A DNA stretch of 64,000 nucleotides from Methanobacteriota archaeon. Its GTDB lineage: Archaea; JAADCQ01; Methanopyri; Methanopyrales; Methanopyraceae. This document shows positions 17,338 to 25,803 of this stretch, piece by piece. Below the pieces are notes generated by a model that was given only the letters and a program-made list of their open reading frames with translations, did no database searches and was not told the DNA's origin. Made by a program: the position numbers and the translations under genes. Numbering within the stretch: position 1 is the stretch's first letter; the number at the start of each line of letters is the position of its first letter. The stretch is from positions 320,001 through 384,000 of the forward strand of contig JAMOPO010000015.1 of NCBI GenBank assembly GCA_027064425.1, written 5' to 3'.

Positions 17338-19296
17338 TTACGGGCCCGCGAGCGCGAGTAGCCGGTGGGCCAGCGCGCCCATCACCGTGGCCACGGCCAG
17401 GTTCGTCAGGAGCGCGAGCGCCGTGAGTCGCGCCGACTCCGTCTCCGTGTAGATCGCGCCCAGGGTGGACGCGCACGGCAGGTACAACGTGCTCACCAGG
17501 GCCAGGACGTACGCCTGGTCCGGGCTAAGGCGCATGTGGAGGGTGGAGATCGTGGAGATCACGGTCTCCTTCGCGAGCACCCCGGTGAGCAGCGCCACCG
17601 CGCCGCCCCAGTCCAGCCCGAGGAGCGGTTCGATCAGCGGCTCCAGCGCCTTGCCGACGAGCTCCGCCGCGCTCCCGTGACCGAGCGGCGCCGGGTACCG
17701 GGTGAGGGCCCAGATCGCGATGGAGGCGGCGAGGATCACCGTCCCGGCCTTCTTGAGGAACTCGTTCGAGCGCAGCCAGGCCACCCGAAGCACGGTCCCG
17801 GGGTGGGGCCGCCGGAGCCGAGGGAGCTCGATCACCGTGCCCAGGCCGGGCTCGGCCGGTCCGTAGAGCAGGCGGTTGAGCAGGGCGGCGGTCCCGAGGA
17901 AGGTGAGGACGGCGATCGCGTAGATGGAGGCGGCCGCGGGCACCCGCCATGGATCGGGCAGCTGGGCGGTCAGGTAGGCGATCACGGAGAGCCTGGCGCT
18001 GCACGGGATGGCGGGGAGGGCGAGGACGGTGACCACCAGCGCCCGAGGGTCCTCGATGATGCGGGAGCCCGTGATCCCCGGCACGTTGCACGCCAGGGAG
18101 AGCATCGCCGGGAAGACGGACTTGCCGTGCAGACCGAACCGCGAGAGCAGGCCGGCGAGGAGGGCGGCGACCCGGGCGGTGTAGCCGGAGTCCTCGAGCG
18201 CGGTGAGGAGCAGGAGCATGACCAGGATGTACGGGTACATGGCCAGCACGGTGCCCACGCCGCGGAGGATCCCGTCGCCGAGGAGGCCGCCCCAGGGCTC
18301 GGGCAGCGCCGCGCTCACGCGGTCCGCCAGGGACTCGAGCGCGTCCTCCAGGGGCTCGGACAGGAGGTCGCCCAGGTAGAAGGCGGCGGCGAAGACGGCC
18401 GTGATGGTCGCGCCAGCTAGGAGTCCGCCCCAGAGCGGGTGGGTGAGTACGCGGTCGAGCCGGGCCTGCCGGTCGAGCGCGGGGCGGCCGGAGATGGCTG
18501 CACGCACGATCTCCGAGGCGAGCTCGTCCCGGGCCCGCTTGATCGCGGCCCGGGGGTCCTGGTCCAGCGTCTCGATCAGGTCGCGGTGGATCCGCTCGAC
18601 GAGCTCGGGCAGGTCCTCGAGGTCCCGGCTCAGTCGCTCCAGCAGGTCCTCGTCGCCTTCAAGGAGCTTGATCGCGAGCCACTCGGCCCGGTGGCGGGGC
18701 TCGCTCAGCTCCCGCTCGATCCGCTCGCGGAGCTCTCGAACGGCGGCCCGAATGGGGCGCGGGTAGTCGACCCGGGGTGGCCTCGGCTCGACCCGTCCCT
18801 CCACGACGTCGGAGATGGCCCGTTTGAGTCGGTCGATCCCCGTACCGCGCTTGGCGGAGAGGGGTACGACCGGCACGCGGAGCCGGCGCTCGAGGGTGCG
18901 GACGTCCACGTCCAGGTCCATGCGCTCGGCCTCGTCCATCATGTTGACCGCGAGGACGAGTCGGGTGCGCCCGAGCTCGGCGATCTCGAGGAGCAGCGAG
19001 ACGCCGCGGACGAGGTTCAGCGCGTCGGCCACGACCACGATCACGTCCGCGCGCTCGTCGAGGCGGTCGAGGAGGAAGTCGCGGGTGATGCGCTGGTCCT
19101 CCGAGGTGGCGACGAGGCTGTACGTGCCGGGCAGGTCGATCACGCGGTAGCGGTGGCCTCGGAACTCGTACGTGCAGGTCCTCCGCTCGACGGTGACCCC
19201 GGGCCAGTTCCCGACTTCAAGGGAGGCGCGGCAGAGGCGGGACATGAGCGTGGTCTTGCCCACGTTCGGCGGACCCGCGAGCGCGACGGTTCTCAT
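17338..19296 (-). CDS. feoB: Ferrous iron transporter FeoB
   Basis: GPPNVGKT, GNWPGVTVE, DLPGTYSL, NMMD, ACNVP, PCSARL, LYLPC. Confidence 0.95.
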   Translation of the reverse strand: MRTVALAGPPNVGKTTLMSRLCRASLEVGNWPGVTVERRTCTYEFRGHRYRVIDLPGTYSLVATSEDQRITRDFLLDRLDERADVIVVVADALNLVRGVSLLLEIAELGRTRLVLAVNMMDEAERMDLDVDVRTLERRLRVPVVPLSAKRGTGIDRLKRAISDVVEGRVEPRPPRVDYPRPIRAAVRELRERIERELSEPRHRAEWLAIKLLEGDEDLLERLSRDLEDLPELVERIHRDLIETLDQDPRAAIKRARDELASEIVRAAISGRPALDRQARLDRVLTHPLWGGLLAGATITAVFAAAFYLGDLLSEPLEDALESLADRVSAALPEPWGGLLGDGILRGVGTVLAMYPYILVMLLLLTALEDSGYTARVAALLAGLLSRFGLHGKSVFPAMLSLACNVPGITGSRIIEDPRALVVTVLALPAIPCSARLSVIAYLTAQLPDPWRVPAAASIYAIAVLTFLGTAALLNRLLYGPAEPGLGTVIELPRLRRPHPGTVLRVAWLRSNEFLKKAGTVILAASIAIWALTRYPAPLGHGSAAELVGKALEPLIEPLLGLDWGGAVALLTGVLAKETVISTISTLHMRLSPDQAYVLALVSTLYLPCASTLGAIYTETESARLTALALLTNLAVATVMGALAHRLLALAGP

Positions 19297-19307
19297 GCAC
19301 CGCCCCC

Positions 19308-19532
19308 TCACTCCTCCTCCACGATCACCTTGGACGCGAGGCCGCGGCCGATCGAGAACGTGCTACCTTCCGCCCGGACAACGATCGGGCCGGGGCCCGA
19401 CTTGACGACCTCCACCCGGGCACCCGGCCGCAGCCCGAGGTTGTACAGCATGGCCGCGGCGCCTCGACCCGCCACCACATCCACGATCCGTACCACGCGG
19501 CCCTCCTCCACCTCAGCGAGGGTCTTGGGCAA
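19308..19532 (-). CDS. feoA: FeoA
   Basis: TTG 19532; L..LGLRPG..VEVV...GPIVV...IGRGLASKVIVE. Confidence 0.88.
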   Translation of the reverse strand: MPKTLAEVEEGRVVRIVDVVAGRGAAAMLYNLGLRPGARVEVVKSGPGPIVVRAEGSTFSIGRGLASKVIVEEE

Positions 19533-19561
19533 GCCCCGGCCCCGCCGAGCCGTCGGGTCAA

Positions 19562-19595
19562 CGTTAGGCCGGCCTAACGACACCCATCTATATAA
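19562..19595 (-). promoter_or_regulatory. feoAB promoter: TATA box plus perfect 18-bp DtxR-like operator
   Basis: CGTTAGGCCGGCCTAACG (19562-19579) downstream of TTATATA (19595-19589). Confidence 0.75.
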
Positions 19596-20928
19596 CTTTT
19601 GCCCAAAGCGCCGCGTTCCGCAGCGCCCGCGCCGCCCGCTCCGGCGAGGGGAACGTCGGTACCCCGGCCTCCTCGAGCGTCCTGACACCCACAGCCACCG
19701 AGTGCCGGCCCATCCACACGCCGAGCACCGGTCCGGGGAACTCCTCCGCGAACTCCGCCACGACCCGCGCCGTCTGCACGGGCTCGGTCACGCTCTGCGG
19801 GGTGAGGATCACGAGCACCGCCCCGTACCGGTCCGGGTCCGCGAACTCCTCCAGCGCTACCCGGTAGCGGTCCGCGTCCGCGTCCCCCAGCACGTCCACC
19901 GGGTTCCCCGTCGCCGCCTCCTCCGGCAGGACCGACGGGTCGCCCCCTGGCTCCGGGAGCTCGAACCCCGCCTCGTGCAGCGCGTCCGCCGCGAGGATCC
20001 CGCCACCCCCCGCGTTCGTGACGATGAGCACCCGGTTCGAGCGCGGCGGACCCGCCTTCGCCAGGAGCTTCGCCGTGTCGAACGCCTCCTCGAACCCCTC
20101 CACGAAGACCCCGCCGAACTGCTCGACCACCCCCCGGTACACCTCGCCCGAGCCCGCCAGCGAGCCCGTGTGCGTGCTCACCGCCTCCGCGCCCGCCTCC
20201 GTCCGCCCACCCTTCAGCACGATCACCGGCTTCTCCTCCGCGCACGAGGACAGCGCCTCCACGAACGCCCTCCCGTCCTTCACTCCCTCCAGGTAGAGGA
20301 CGACTACCTTCGTCTCGTCGTCCTCGGCCAGGTACTCCAGGAAGTCCGGGAAGTCTAGGTCCGCCGCGTTGCCCAGGCTCACGAACTTGCTGAAGCCCAC
20401 CCCGACCGTGCCCACGTCCCCCGAGGAGAACCAGTCGATGACCGAGGTCGCCAGCGCCCCGCTCTGCGACACGAACGCGATGTCACCCTCCGGCGGCATC
20501 TCCGCCGCGAACGAGGCGTTCAGCCCGGCCCGCGCGTTGATGATCCCCAGGCAGTTCGGCCCCACGATCCGCACGCCCGCCTCCCGCGCCGCCTGCACCA
20601 GCTCCCGCTCCAGCTCCTCGTTCCCCGCCTCCGAGAAGCCCGCTGAGATGACCACGCAGTACCTCGCGCCGACCTCGCCCGCCTCTCGCACGACCTCCGG
20701 CACGACCGGCGCGGGCACGGCGATCACGACCAGGTCGACCGGGGCCGGCACCTCCGAGAGCGAGGGGTAGCACCGCACGCCCAGGATCTCGTCCGCGTGC
20801 GGGTTGACCGGGTACACGTCCCCCTCGAACTCCGCGAGCAGGTTCCGGAGCACGCTGTGACCCACCTTGCTCGGGTCCCGGGAGGCGCCCACGACCGCGA
20901 CCGAGCGCGGCTCGAAGAGGCGGTCCAT
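19588..20928 (-). CDS. acdA: ADP-forming acyl-CoA synthetase alpha subunit
   Basis: VAVVGAS, GPNCLG, SQSGAL, LGNAAD, STHTGSLAG (phospho-His), TNAGGGG, NPVD. Confidence 0.88.
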   Translation of the reverse strand: MDRLFEPRSVAVVGASRDPSKVGHSVLRNLLAEFEGDVYPVNPHADEILGVRCYPSLSEVPAPVDLVVIAVPAPVVPEVVREAGEVGARYCVVISAGFSEAGNEELERELVQAAREAGVRIVGPNCLGIINARAGLNASFAAEMPPEGDIAFVSQSGALATSVIDWFSSGDVGTVGVGFSKFVSLGNAADLDFPDFLEYLAEDDETKVVVLYLEGVKDGRAFVEALSSCAEEKPVIVLKGGRTEAGAEAVSTHTGSLAGSGEVYRGVVEQFGGVFVEGFEEAFDTAKLLAKAGPPRSNRVLIVTNAGGGGILAADALHEAGFELPEPGGDPSVLPEEAATGNPVDVLGDADADRYRVALEEFADPDRYGAVLVILTPQSVTEPVQTARVVAEFAEEFPGPVLGVWMGRHSVAVGVRTLEEAGVPTFPSPERAARALRNAALWAKVI

Positions 20929-21297
20929 CTACTCCTCCCCCAGCAGCGCTCTGACCGCGTCCAGGACGGTCAGCACGCCCACCACGCGCCCCTCCTCCAC
21001 GACCACCGCCCGGTCCTGCCCGGCCGCCGCCATCCGGTCGAGCGCCAGCTCGAGCGGGTCGTCCGGGCGCACCTTCACCGCCTCCCGGGCGACCTCGCCC
21101 GCCCGCAGCTCCCGCCACTCGCCCGTGGCGAGCGCCCAGGCCACGTCCACCGACGTCACGATTCCGACCAGCCGCCCGTCGTCCACCACCGGCACCCCGT
21201 GGATCGACTCCTCCGAGAGCGCCCGCAGGACCCGCTCCAGCGGCTCGTCGGGGCCCACGGAGATCACGTCCTCAACCATCACGTCCCGGACGCGCAC
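20929..21297 (-). CDS. Tandem CBS-domain protein
   Basis: VRVRDVM...GVPVVDDGRLVGIVT..D...AVVVEEGRVVGVLT..D. Confidence 0.88.
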   Translation of the reverse strand: MRVRDVMVEDVISVGPDEPLERVLRALSEESIHGVPVVDDGRLVGIVTSVDVAWALATGEWRELRAGEVAREAVKVRPDDPLELALDRMAAAGQDRAVVVEEGRVVGVLTVLDAVRALLGEE

Positions 21298-21340
21298 GCC
21301 GCAGCCCCGGCGGACCGGGTACCGAGGCGGGTCATATAAG

Positions 21341-21356
21341 GTTAGGCTCGTCGAAC
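21341..21356. promoter_or_regulatory. Weak DtxR-like operator next to a TATA box
   Basis: ATATAAG followed by GTTAGG CTCG TCGAAC (right arm 4/6), upstream of the ferredoxin. Confidence 0.35.
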
Positions 21357-21401
21357 TCGCAACGGTGATCAAGGCCGGTCTCGACCCGAAGGGTGGGGCT
21401 C

Positions 21402-21617
21402 GTGAGCGAGATCGTCGAGGTCGAAACGCGGCAGGCCCGCTTCGTGCTGGATTCGAGCGAGTGCGACGGGTGCGGTGAGTGCATGCGCGCCTGCCCGACC
21501 CGGGCCATCATCGTCGGGGAGGAGTACCTGGAGATCGATGAGGAGCGGTGCCGGGCGTGCGGTAGCTGCGCCCGGGCCTGCCCCACGGGCGCGCTCCGGA
21601 TGGAGCCCCGCGCTTGA
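21402..21617 (+). CDS. 2x[4Fe-4S] ferredoxin
   Basis: CDGCGECMRACP and CRACGSCARACP. Confidence 0.92.
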   Translation: MSEIVEVETRQARFVLDSSECDGCGECMRACPTRAIIVGEEYLEIDEERCRACGSCARACPTGALRMEPRA

Positions 21618-21661
21618 TTATTTATCCCGGGACCGGCCGGCGCGGGCCGGGGTGACCGGCC

Positions 21662-22363
21662 CTGGCGGTCCGGGAGCCAACGGAGGGGGAGCTGAAGGAG
21701 CTGCGGGAGGTCCTCGAAGAGCTCACGGGTTCGGACCTCGGCATCGAGGACCGCGAGGTCACGATCGAGCGCATCCGTGGCCCCGTCCGGGCCGAGCGCG
21801 TGTTCCTGGACGGCCGGCCGATACTCACGATCACCTTCGACCCCTGGACCGCCTCCTGCGTGTACACCCTCACCCCGCACGGGGCCCGCGAGGCGGAGGA
21901 GATCACGGGCGAGCGGCCCGAGCGCCGGAGGATCGTGCGCAAGGACCCGTACGACCTGATCGACTTCGAGCCGACCGGGACCAAGCGCGACCTCGAGCGG
22001 GCCATCCGGCGCGCCCTCGAGGAGTGCGACGTGGACGTGCTCGAGCTCGAGACCGCGACCGAGATCGTCGAGGACGTCGAGCTCACCGGCGTGGCCATCT
22101 ACACCGCTCGCGAGTTCCTCTACGTCGACGTCATCCCGCCCGACCCCGCCGGCCGGCCCAACCCCATCAACGCGATCGCCCGCATCATCCACGCGTTCAC
22201 CGGCGAGGAGACCGAGCCCTGGTTGCACCCTGATTACCGCTTCCTCGGCGTCCGGCACACCCACGCGGGCAAGGAGGTCACCGTCGCCATCGGGGACACC
22301 ACCGTCACCTTCGAGGCCGTCCTAACCCGCCACGGACTCCGCATCCGCTCCCGCCGGGGGTAA
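21662..22363 (+). CDS. Hypothetical protein, probably starting at CTG 21662
   Basis: Protein-like frame open 46 codons upstream of the listed GTG 21800; GGGGTGA RBS 6 nt before CTG. Confidence 0.6.
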   Translation: MAVREPTEGELKELREVLEELTGSDLGIEDREVTIERIRGPVRAERVFLDGRPILTITFDPWTASCVYTLTPHGAREAEEITGERPERRRIVRKDPYDLIDFEPTGTKRDLERAIRRALEECDVDVLELETATEIVEDVELTGVAIYTAREFLYVDVIPPDPAGRPNPINAIARIIHAFTGEETEPWLHPDYRFLGVRHTHAGKEVTVAIGDTTVTFEAVLTRHGLRIRSRRG

Positions 22364-22368
22364 CCCCC

Positions 22369-23049
22369 GTGTACAAGCAGCGCTTCGTCCTCGACACCAC
22401 CGCCTTCACCCACCAGGACGTCGTCGACCGCCTCGGCGACGGCGACCTCTGCCGCGCCGTCTCCGAGCTCCTCGACCTCATCGCCCGCGCCCGCATGGAG
22501 CTTCACATCAGCTGCTACCTCCCGTACCCCACCGTCTACCGCGAGCTCAAGGGCTTCCTCGAGCGCAACGACTGCCCGGCCGAGCTCGTCTCCCGCCTCG
22601 ACACCTGGATCGTCAAGAAAACCCCCAACCGATACGAGGTCAAGGTCCCCGCCCGACTCTTCATGGCCTACGTCAAGGACATGCGCGGCCGCCTCGACCG
22701 CGGCCGTAAACACGCCGAGAAGGCCATCTGGAACGCCGCCCTAGAGACCTACGAGATCATGCTCCGAGAGGAGGCCGACGTGCCCAAGGAGAAGATCATT
22801 CGCGAGATCATCGGCGAGACCGTCCGCCGCTTCCGCCGCAAGTACCGCCGCACCGTCCGCCACGGTACCCTCGACAGCGCCCCCGACCTCGACGTTCTCC
22901 TCCTCGCCAAGGAGCTCGACGCCGCCGTCGTCGCCCAGGACGAGGGCATCGAGCGCTGGGCCCGCGAGCTCGGCCTCCGCTACATGCCCGCCACCTCCTT
23001 TCCCGACATGATCCAGGAGTACCTAGAGCTCGCCAAGGAGGTGGAGTGA
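22369..23049 (+). CDS. RNA-free RNase P homologue HARP (PIN domain)
   Basis: KQRFVLDTTAF, LDTWIVKKTPNRYEV, G.LDSAPDLDVLLLAKELDAAVV..DEGI. Confidence 0.88.
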   Translation: MYKQRFVLDTTAFTHQDVVDRLGDGDLCRAVSELLDLIARARMELHISCYLPYPTVYRELKGFLERNDCPAELVSRLDTWIVKKTPNRYEVKVPARLFMAYVKDMRGRLDRGRKHAEKAIWNAALETYEIMLREEADVPKEKIIREIIGETVRRFRRKYRRTVRHGTLDSAPDLDVLLLAKELDAAVVAQDEGIERWARELGLRYMPATSFPDMIQEYLELAKEVE

Positions 23050-24491
23050 TGCGGCTCGCGCACCACCTTAAGCCCGTCTTCGCCGTCCCCGGGGACGACA
23101 TCCACGAGCCCTACCTCGAGCTCGCCGAGCGCGACGAGCTCATCCGCACCAACCGCGAGGACACCGCCGCCTACGCCGCCATCGGCGCCGCCGAGGTCTC
23201 CAACGAGCCCGCCGCACTCCTCGCCACCCGCGGCCCCGGCCTCGCCCACGCCCTACCCGGCCTCGCCTGCGCCCTCGCCGACCACGTCCCCATCCTCTGC
23301 ATCACCGGAGCGCCCGTCGACCAGGGCTTCCAGTCCCTCCTACCCAGCCTCGAGTCCAACCGGCTCCGACTCACCGTCACCGACGACCCGAAAGAGGCCG
23401 CACGGTCCCTCGCCCGCTCCCGGCCCGCCGTCCTAACCCGGCCCCAGGCTCCCGACGAGCTCGAACCGCACCTCCGCGAAGCCCAGCCACCCCAGCCCAC
23501 CGACGATGAAATCGACGAGGTCCGCCGCCGCCTCGAGGGCAAGAAGGTCACCATCCTCGTCGGCCGCGGCTGCTACCGCTCCCTCGCCGGCGAACACATC
23601 GAGCGCCTCGCCGAGCTCCTGAACGCCCCCATCGTCCAGACCATGCGCGGCCGCGGCATCGTCCCCGAGTACCACCCTCGCAACTACGGCGTCGTCGGCC
23701 TCCGCGGCTGGGCCAACCACGTCCTGCAGGAGGCGGACGTCATCCTCGCCCTCGGCGCCCGCCTCACCGAGCGCACCCTACCCGAGGAACCCGACGCCGA
23801 GATCATCGCCGTCACCCTCCACCTCAACGGTCCCGCCGACCTACACCTCGAGTGCGATCCCGTGCCACTCCTGCAGGCCCTCGTCAAAGACCCGCCCGAA
23901 ACGCAGCCCTGGGAGCCCGAGCGCCGCGAGCCCGACGAACCCGACACCCACGCCTACCGCGTCGTCAAGACCGCCCTCCGCGCCTGGATCGGCCCCGTCA
24001 CCCTCGACTCCGGCCAGCACACGCCCCTCACCCTCCTCGCCGCCCACCTCTCCTCCCCCAACGAGCTCATCCACTCCGGCGCCTTCTGCCCCATGGGTTT
24101 CGCCCTCCCCGCCGCCCTCGGTGCCGCCACCCGTACCCCCGAGCCCGTCCTCGCCATCACCGGCGACGGCGGCTTCCTCGCCACGCATCACGAGCTCGAG
24201 ACCGCCGTCCGAGAGGACCTCCCCATCACCGTTCTCGTCCTCCGCAACCGAGAGCTCGGCTTCACCCGACAGACCGCCGACCTGGACGACCCCGAGCCCG
24301 CCAAGATGGACCTGCCCACCGACCCCGCCGACCTCGCCGAGGCCTACGGCATCGAGGTCCACCGTCTCGAGCACGACCAGACCGACGAGCTCCACCGCAC
24401 CCTCCGCGACGCCGAGATGCAGCGCGAGCCCACCGTCGTCATCGTCGAGCTGCCCCGAGAGGACATCCCGCTCCCCGGCCGGTCCGACTGA
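23046..24491 (+). CDS. Thiamine-diphosphate-dependent enzyme (acetolactate-synthase-like, divergent)
   Basis: VFAVPG, TRGPG, MGFALPAALGA, GDGG...N. Confidence 0.85.
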   Translation: MMRLAHHLKPVFAVPGDDIHEPYLELAERDELIRTNREDTAAYAAIGAAEVSNEPAALLATRGPGLAHALPGLACALADHVPILCITGAPVDQGFQSLLPSLESNRLRLTVTDDPKEAARSLARSRPAVLTRPQAPDELEPHLREAQPPQPTDDEIDEVRRRLEGKKVTILVGRGCYRSLAGEHIERLAELLNAPIVQTMRGRGIVPEYHPRNYGVVGLRGWANHVLQEADVILALGARLTERTLPEEPDAEIIAVTLHLNGPADLHLECDPVPLLQALVKDPPETQPWEPERREPDEPDTHAYRVVKTALRAWIGPVTLDSGQHTPLTLLAAHLSSPNELIHSGAFCPMGFALPAALGAATRTPEPVLAITGDGGFLATHHELETAVREDLPITVLVLRNRELGFTRQTADLDDPEPAKMDLPTDPADLAEAYGIEVHRLEHDQTDELHRTLRDAEMQREPTVVIVELPREDIPLPGRSD

Positions 24492-24701
24492 GCCACCCCG
24501 ACCCTTCGCCCCCTCTCCCACCCTTACCATTGTAACCGTGGGCCAGCGGGCCTCAGCAAGCGACGACCCGCGACTCCAGCCCCGGCCTACAACCCGGGCG
24601 GGTCCGGCCGAGGGGCGAGCGCGCCCATCGGTCCCGGCCTGTACGCTGCGGTGGGGTCGGCCCGCCCTCGCAACCGTTTTATCCTCCAGCCTGATTACAA
24701 A

Positions 24702-25349
24702 ATGACGGCACGCCCGGAACCCGGGGTGGCGCGAGTGACCTGGCAGGGCGCCCCATTGCCTTCGGATCCCGTGGAGCGGATTCGGTGCCTGCGCGTGCTC
24801 CGGGAGGCGTATCGGCGGCAGGTCAAGCCCGAGCTGCGAGAGACGTACCGGCGGGTTGGCGGGAAGACGTACGGGCCTTATTACGTCGCGTACTTTAAGC
24901 GGACTCCGGGGCGCCGGCACCCCAGGCTGATCTACCTGGGCAAGTCGGGCCCGAGCGTCGAGTTCGTCGAGTGGCTCGCCGAGCAGTCGAGGAGAACCGT
25001 GCTTGACCTTGCTCGACTCGCGGTGCGGCACCTTCGAGCCGCGCTCGAGCGGATCGTTGAGGAGGCTCGCGGGTCGGGGGACTCGCGCCGGCTAATCGCC
25101 CGCACCCTCGCCCTCGCCTTCGACCTCGAGCCCGCAGGACTCCCCCAGCTCCGCGACCTCCTCGACCGAGCACCCAGGTTCGCGAGGACCGTGCTCGGCC
25201 CCTGGAAAGCCTGGTTCACCGAGCGGGTGCTCAGAAAGCTCCTCTACCGCCGGTCTCGGGATGGTAAGCGCTGGGTGCCCGACGTTCAGCTCGAGCTTGA
25301 GCGGTGGCGGTCCGGGCGCGGGGCGCGGTGCGACCGGACGCGACCGTGA
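24702..25349 (+). CDS. Basic, putative DNA-binding protein (GPYY...YLGK motif; Methanopyrus DUF1678-like)
   Basis: YRRVGGKTYGPYYVAYFK...RLIYLGKS; very Arg-rich; AT-rich promoter-like sequence upstream. Confidence 0.6.
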   Translation: MTARPEPGVARVTWQGAPLPSDPVERIRCLRVLREAYRRQVKPELRETYRRVGGKTYGPYYVAYFKRTPGRRHPRLIYLGKSGPSVEFVEWLAEQSRRTVLDLARLAVRHLRAALERIVEEARGSGDSRRLIARTLALAFDLEPAGLPQLRDLLDRAPRFARTVLGPWKAWFTERVLRKLLYRRSRDGKRWVPDVQLELERWRSGRGARCDRTRP

Positions 25350-25501
25350 TCTCCGCGGGACACTCGGCGTGAGCGTCGGCTCGGGTCGGTCGGGCTCGCT
25401 CCGGGTCGCGAGCGTTTTCCGGGGGTCATGTCCTCCATCGTGTTGGCACCCTCGGCTCGGGGCGGCCCCGAAGCCTGCGCCCCCACCGCTCGGAAACGGG
25501 T

Positions 25502-25520
25502 CGTTATGGGGCTTGTAACG
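25502..25520. repeat. Degenerate CGTT-N11-AACG copy
   Basis: CGTTATGG GGC TTGTAACG. Confidence 0.5.
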
Positions 25521-25529
25521 TTCCGTGGG

Positions 25530-25595
25530 CGGCCTCGGGGCCCGCGACTCCGATCATCCCCGGCGGTCGCCGTGGGTCCACCTCATCATCGGCCG
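25530..25595 (-). ncRNA. Box C/D guide sRNA candidate
   Basis: CGGCC-G-ATGATGA-GGTGGACCCACG-GCGA...GGATGA-TCGGAGTCGCGGGCC-CCGA-GGCCG, with terminal stem. Confidence 0.6.
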
Positions 25596-25598
25596 GTT

Positions 25599-25620
25599 CG
25601 TTCCGGTGGTCGTAACGATT
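25599..25620. repeat. Dispersed palindrome copy
   Basis: CGTTCCGG TGG TCGTAACG ATT. Confidence 0.65.
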
Positions 25621-25653
25621 GGGTTTTTCGGTCGTGGGTGCGCGTGGGGCGCC

Positions 25654-25711
25654 GCGGGATGAGGAGAACCCCGGTCTCTGAGGTGTGATGAGGGATAGGC
25701 GTGCCGACCGC
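25654..25711 (+). ncRNA. Box C/D guide sRNA candidate
   Basis: GCGG-G-ATGAGGA-GAACCCCGGTCT-CTGA-GGT-GTGATGA-GGGATAGGCGTG-CCGA-CCGC; two 12-nt guides. Confidence 0.7.
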
Positions 25712-25743
25712 AAGGGTCTTGTCGTGGGAGGGGACCGGTGCGG

Positions 25744-25803
25744 ATGGATGATGAGGGGCTGATGTGCCGAGCTCGATGAGGTGAAGGGCGGGTGTGCTGA
25801 CTC
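25744..25803 (+). ncRNA. Box C/D guide sRNA candidate
   Basis: ATGATGA(25748)-GGGGCTGATGTG-CCGA-GCTC-GATGAG...GAAGGGCGGGTGTG-CTGA(25800). Confidence 0.65.

Noticed and set aside
25350-25500. ORB-like origin boxes (GTTTCC...GGGGG)
   Set aside because: Match too weak and not repeated; no cdc6/orc1 in the window.
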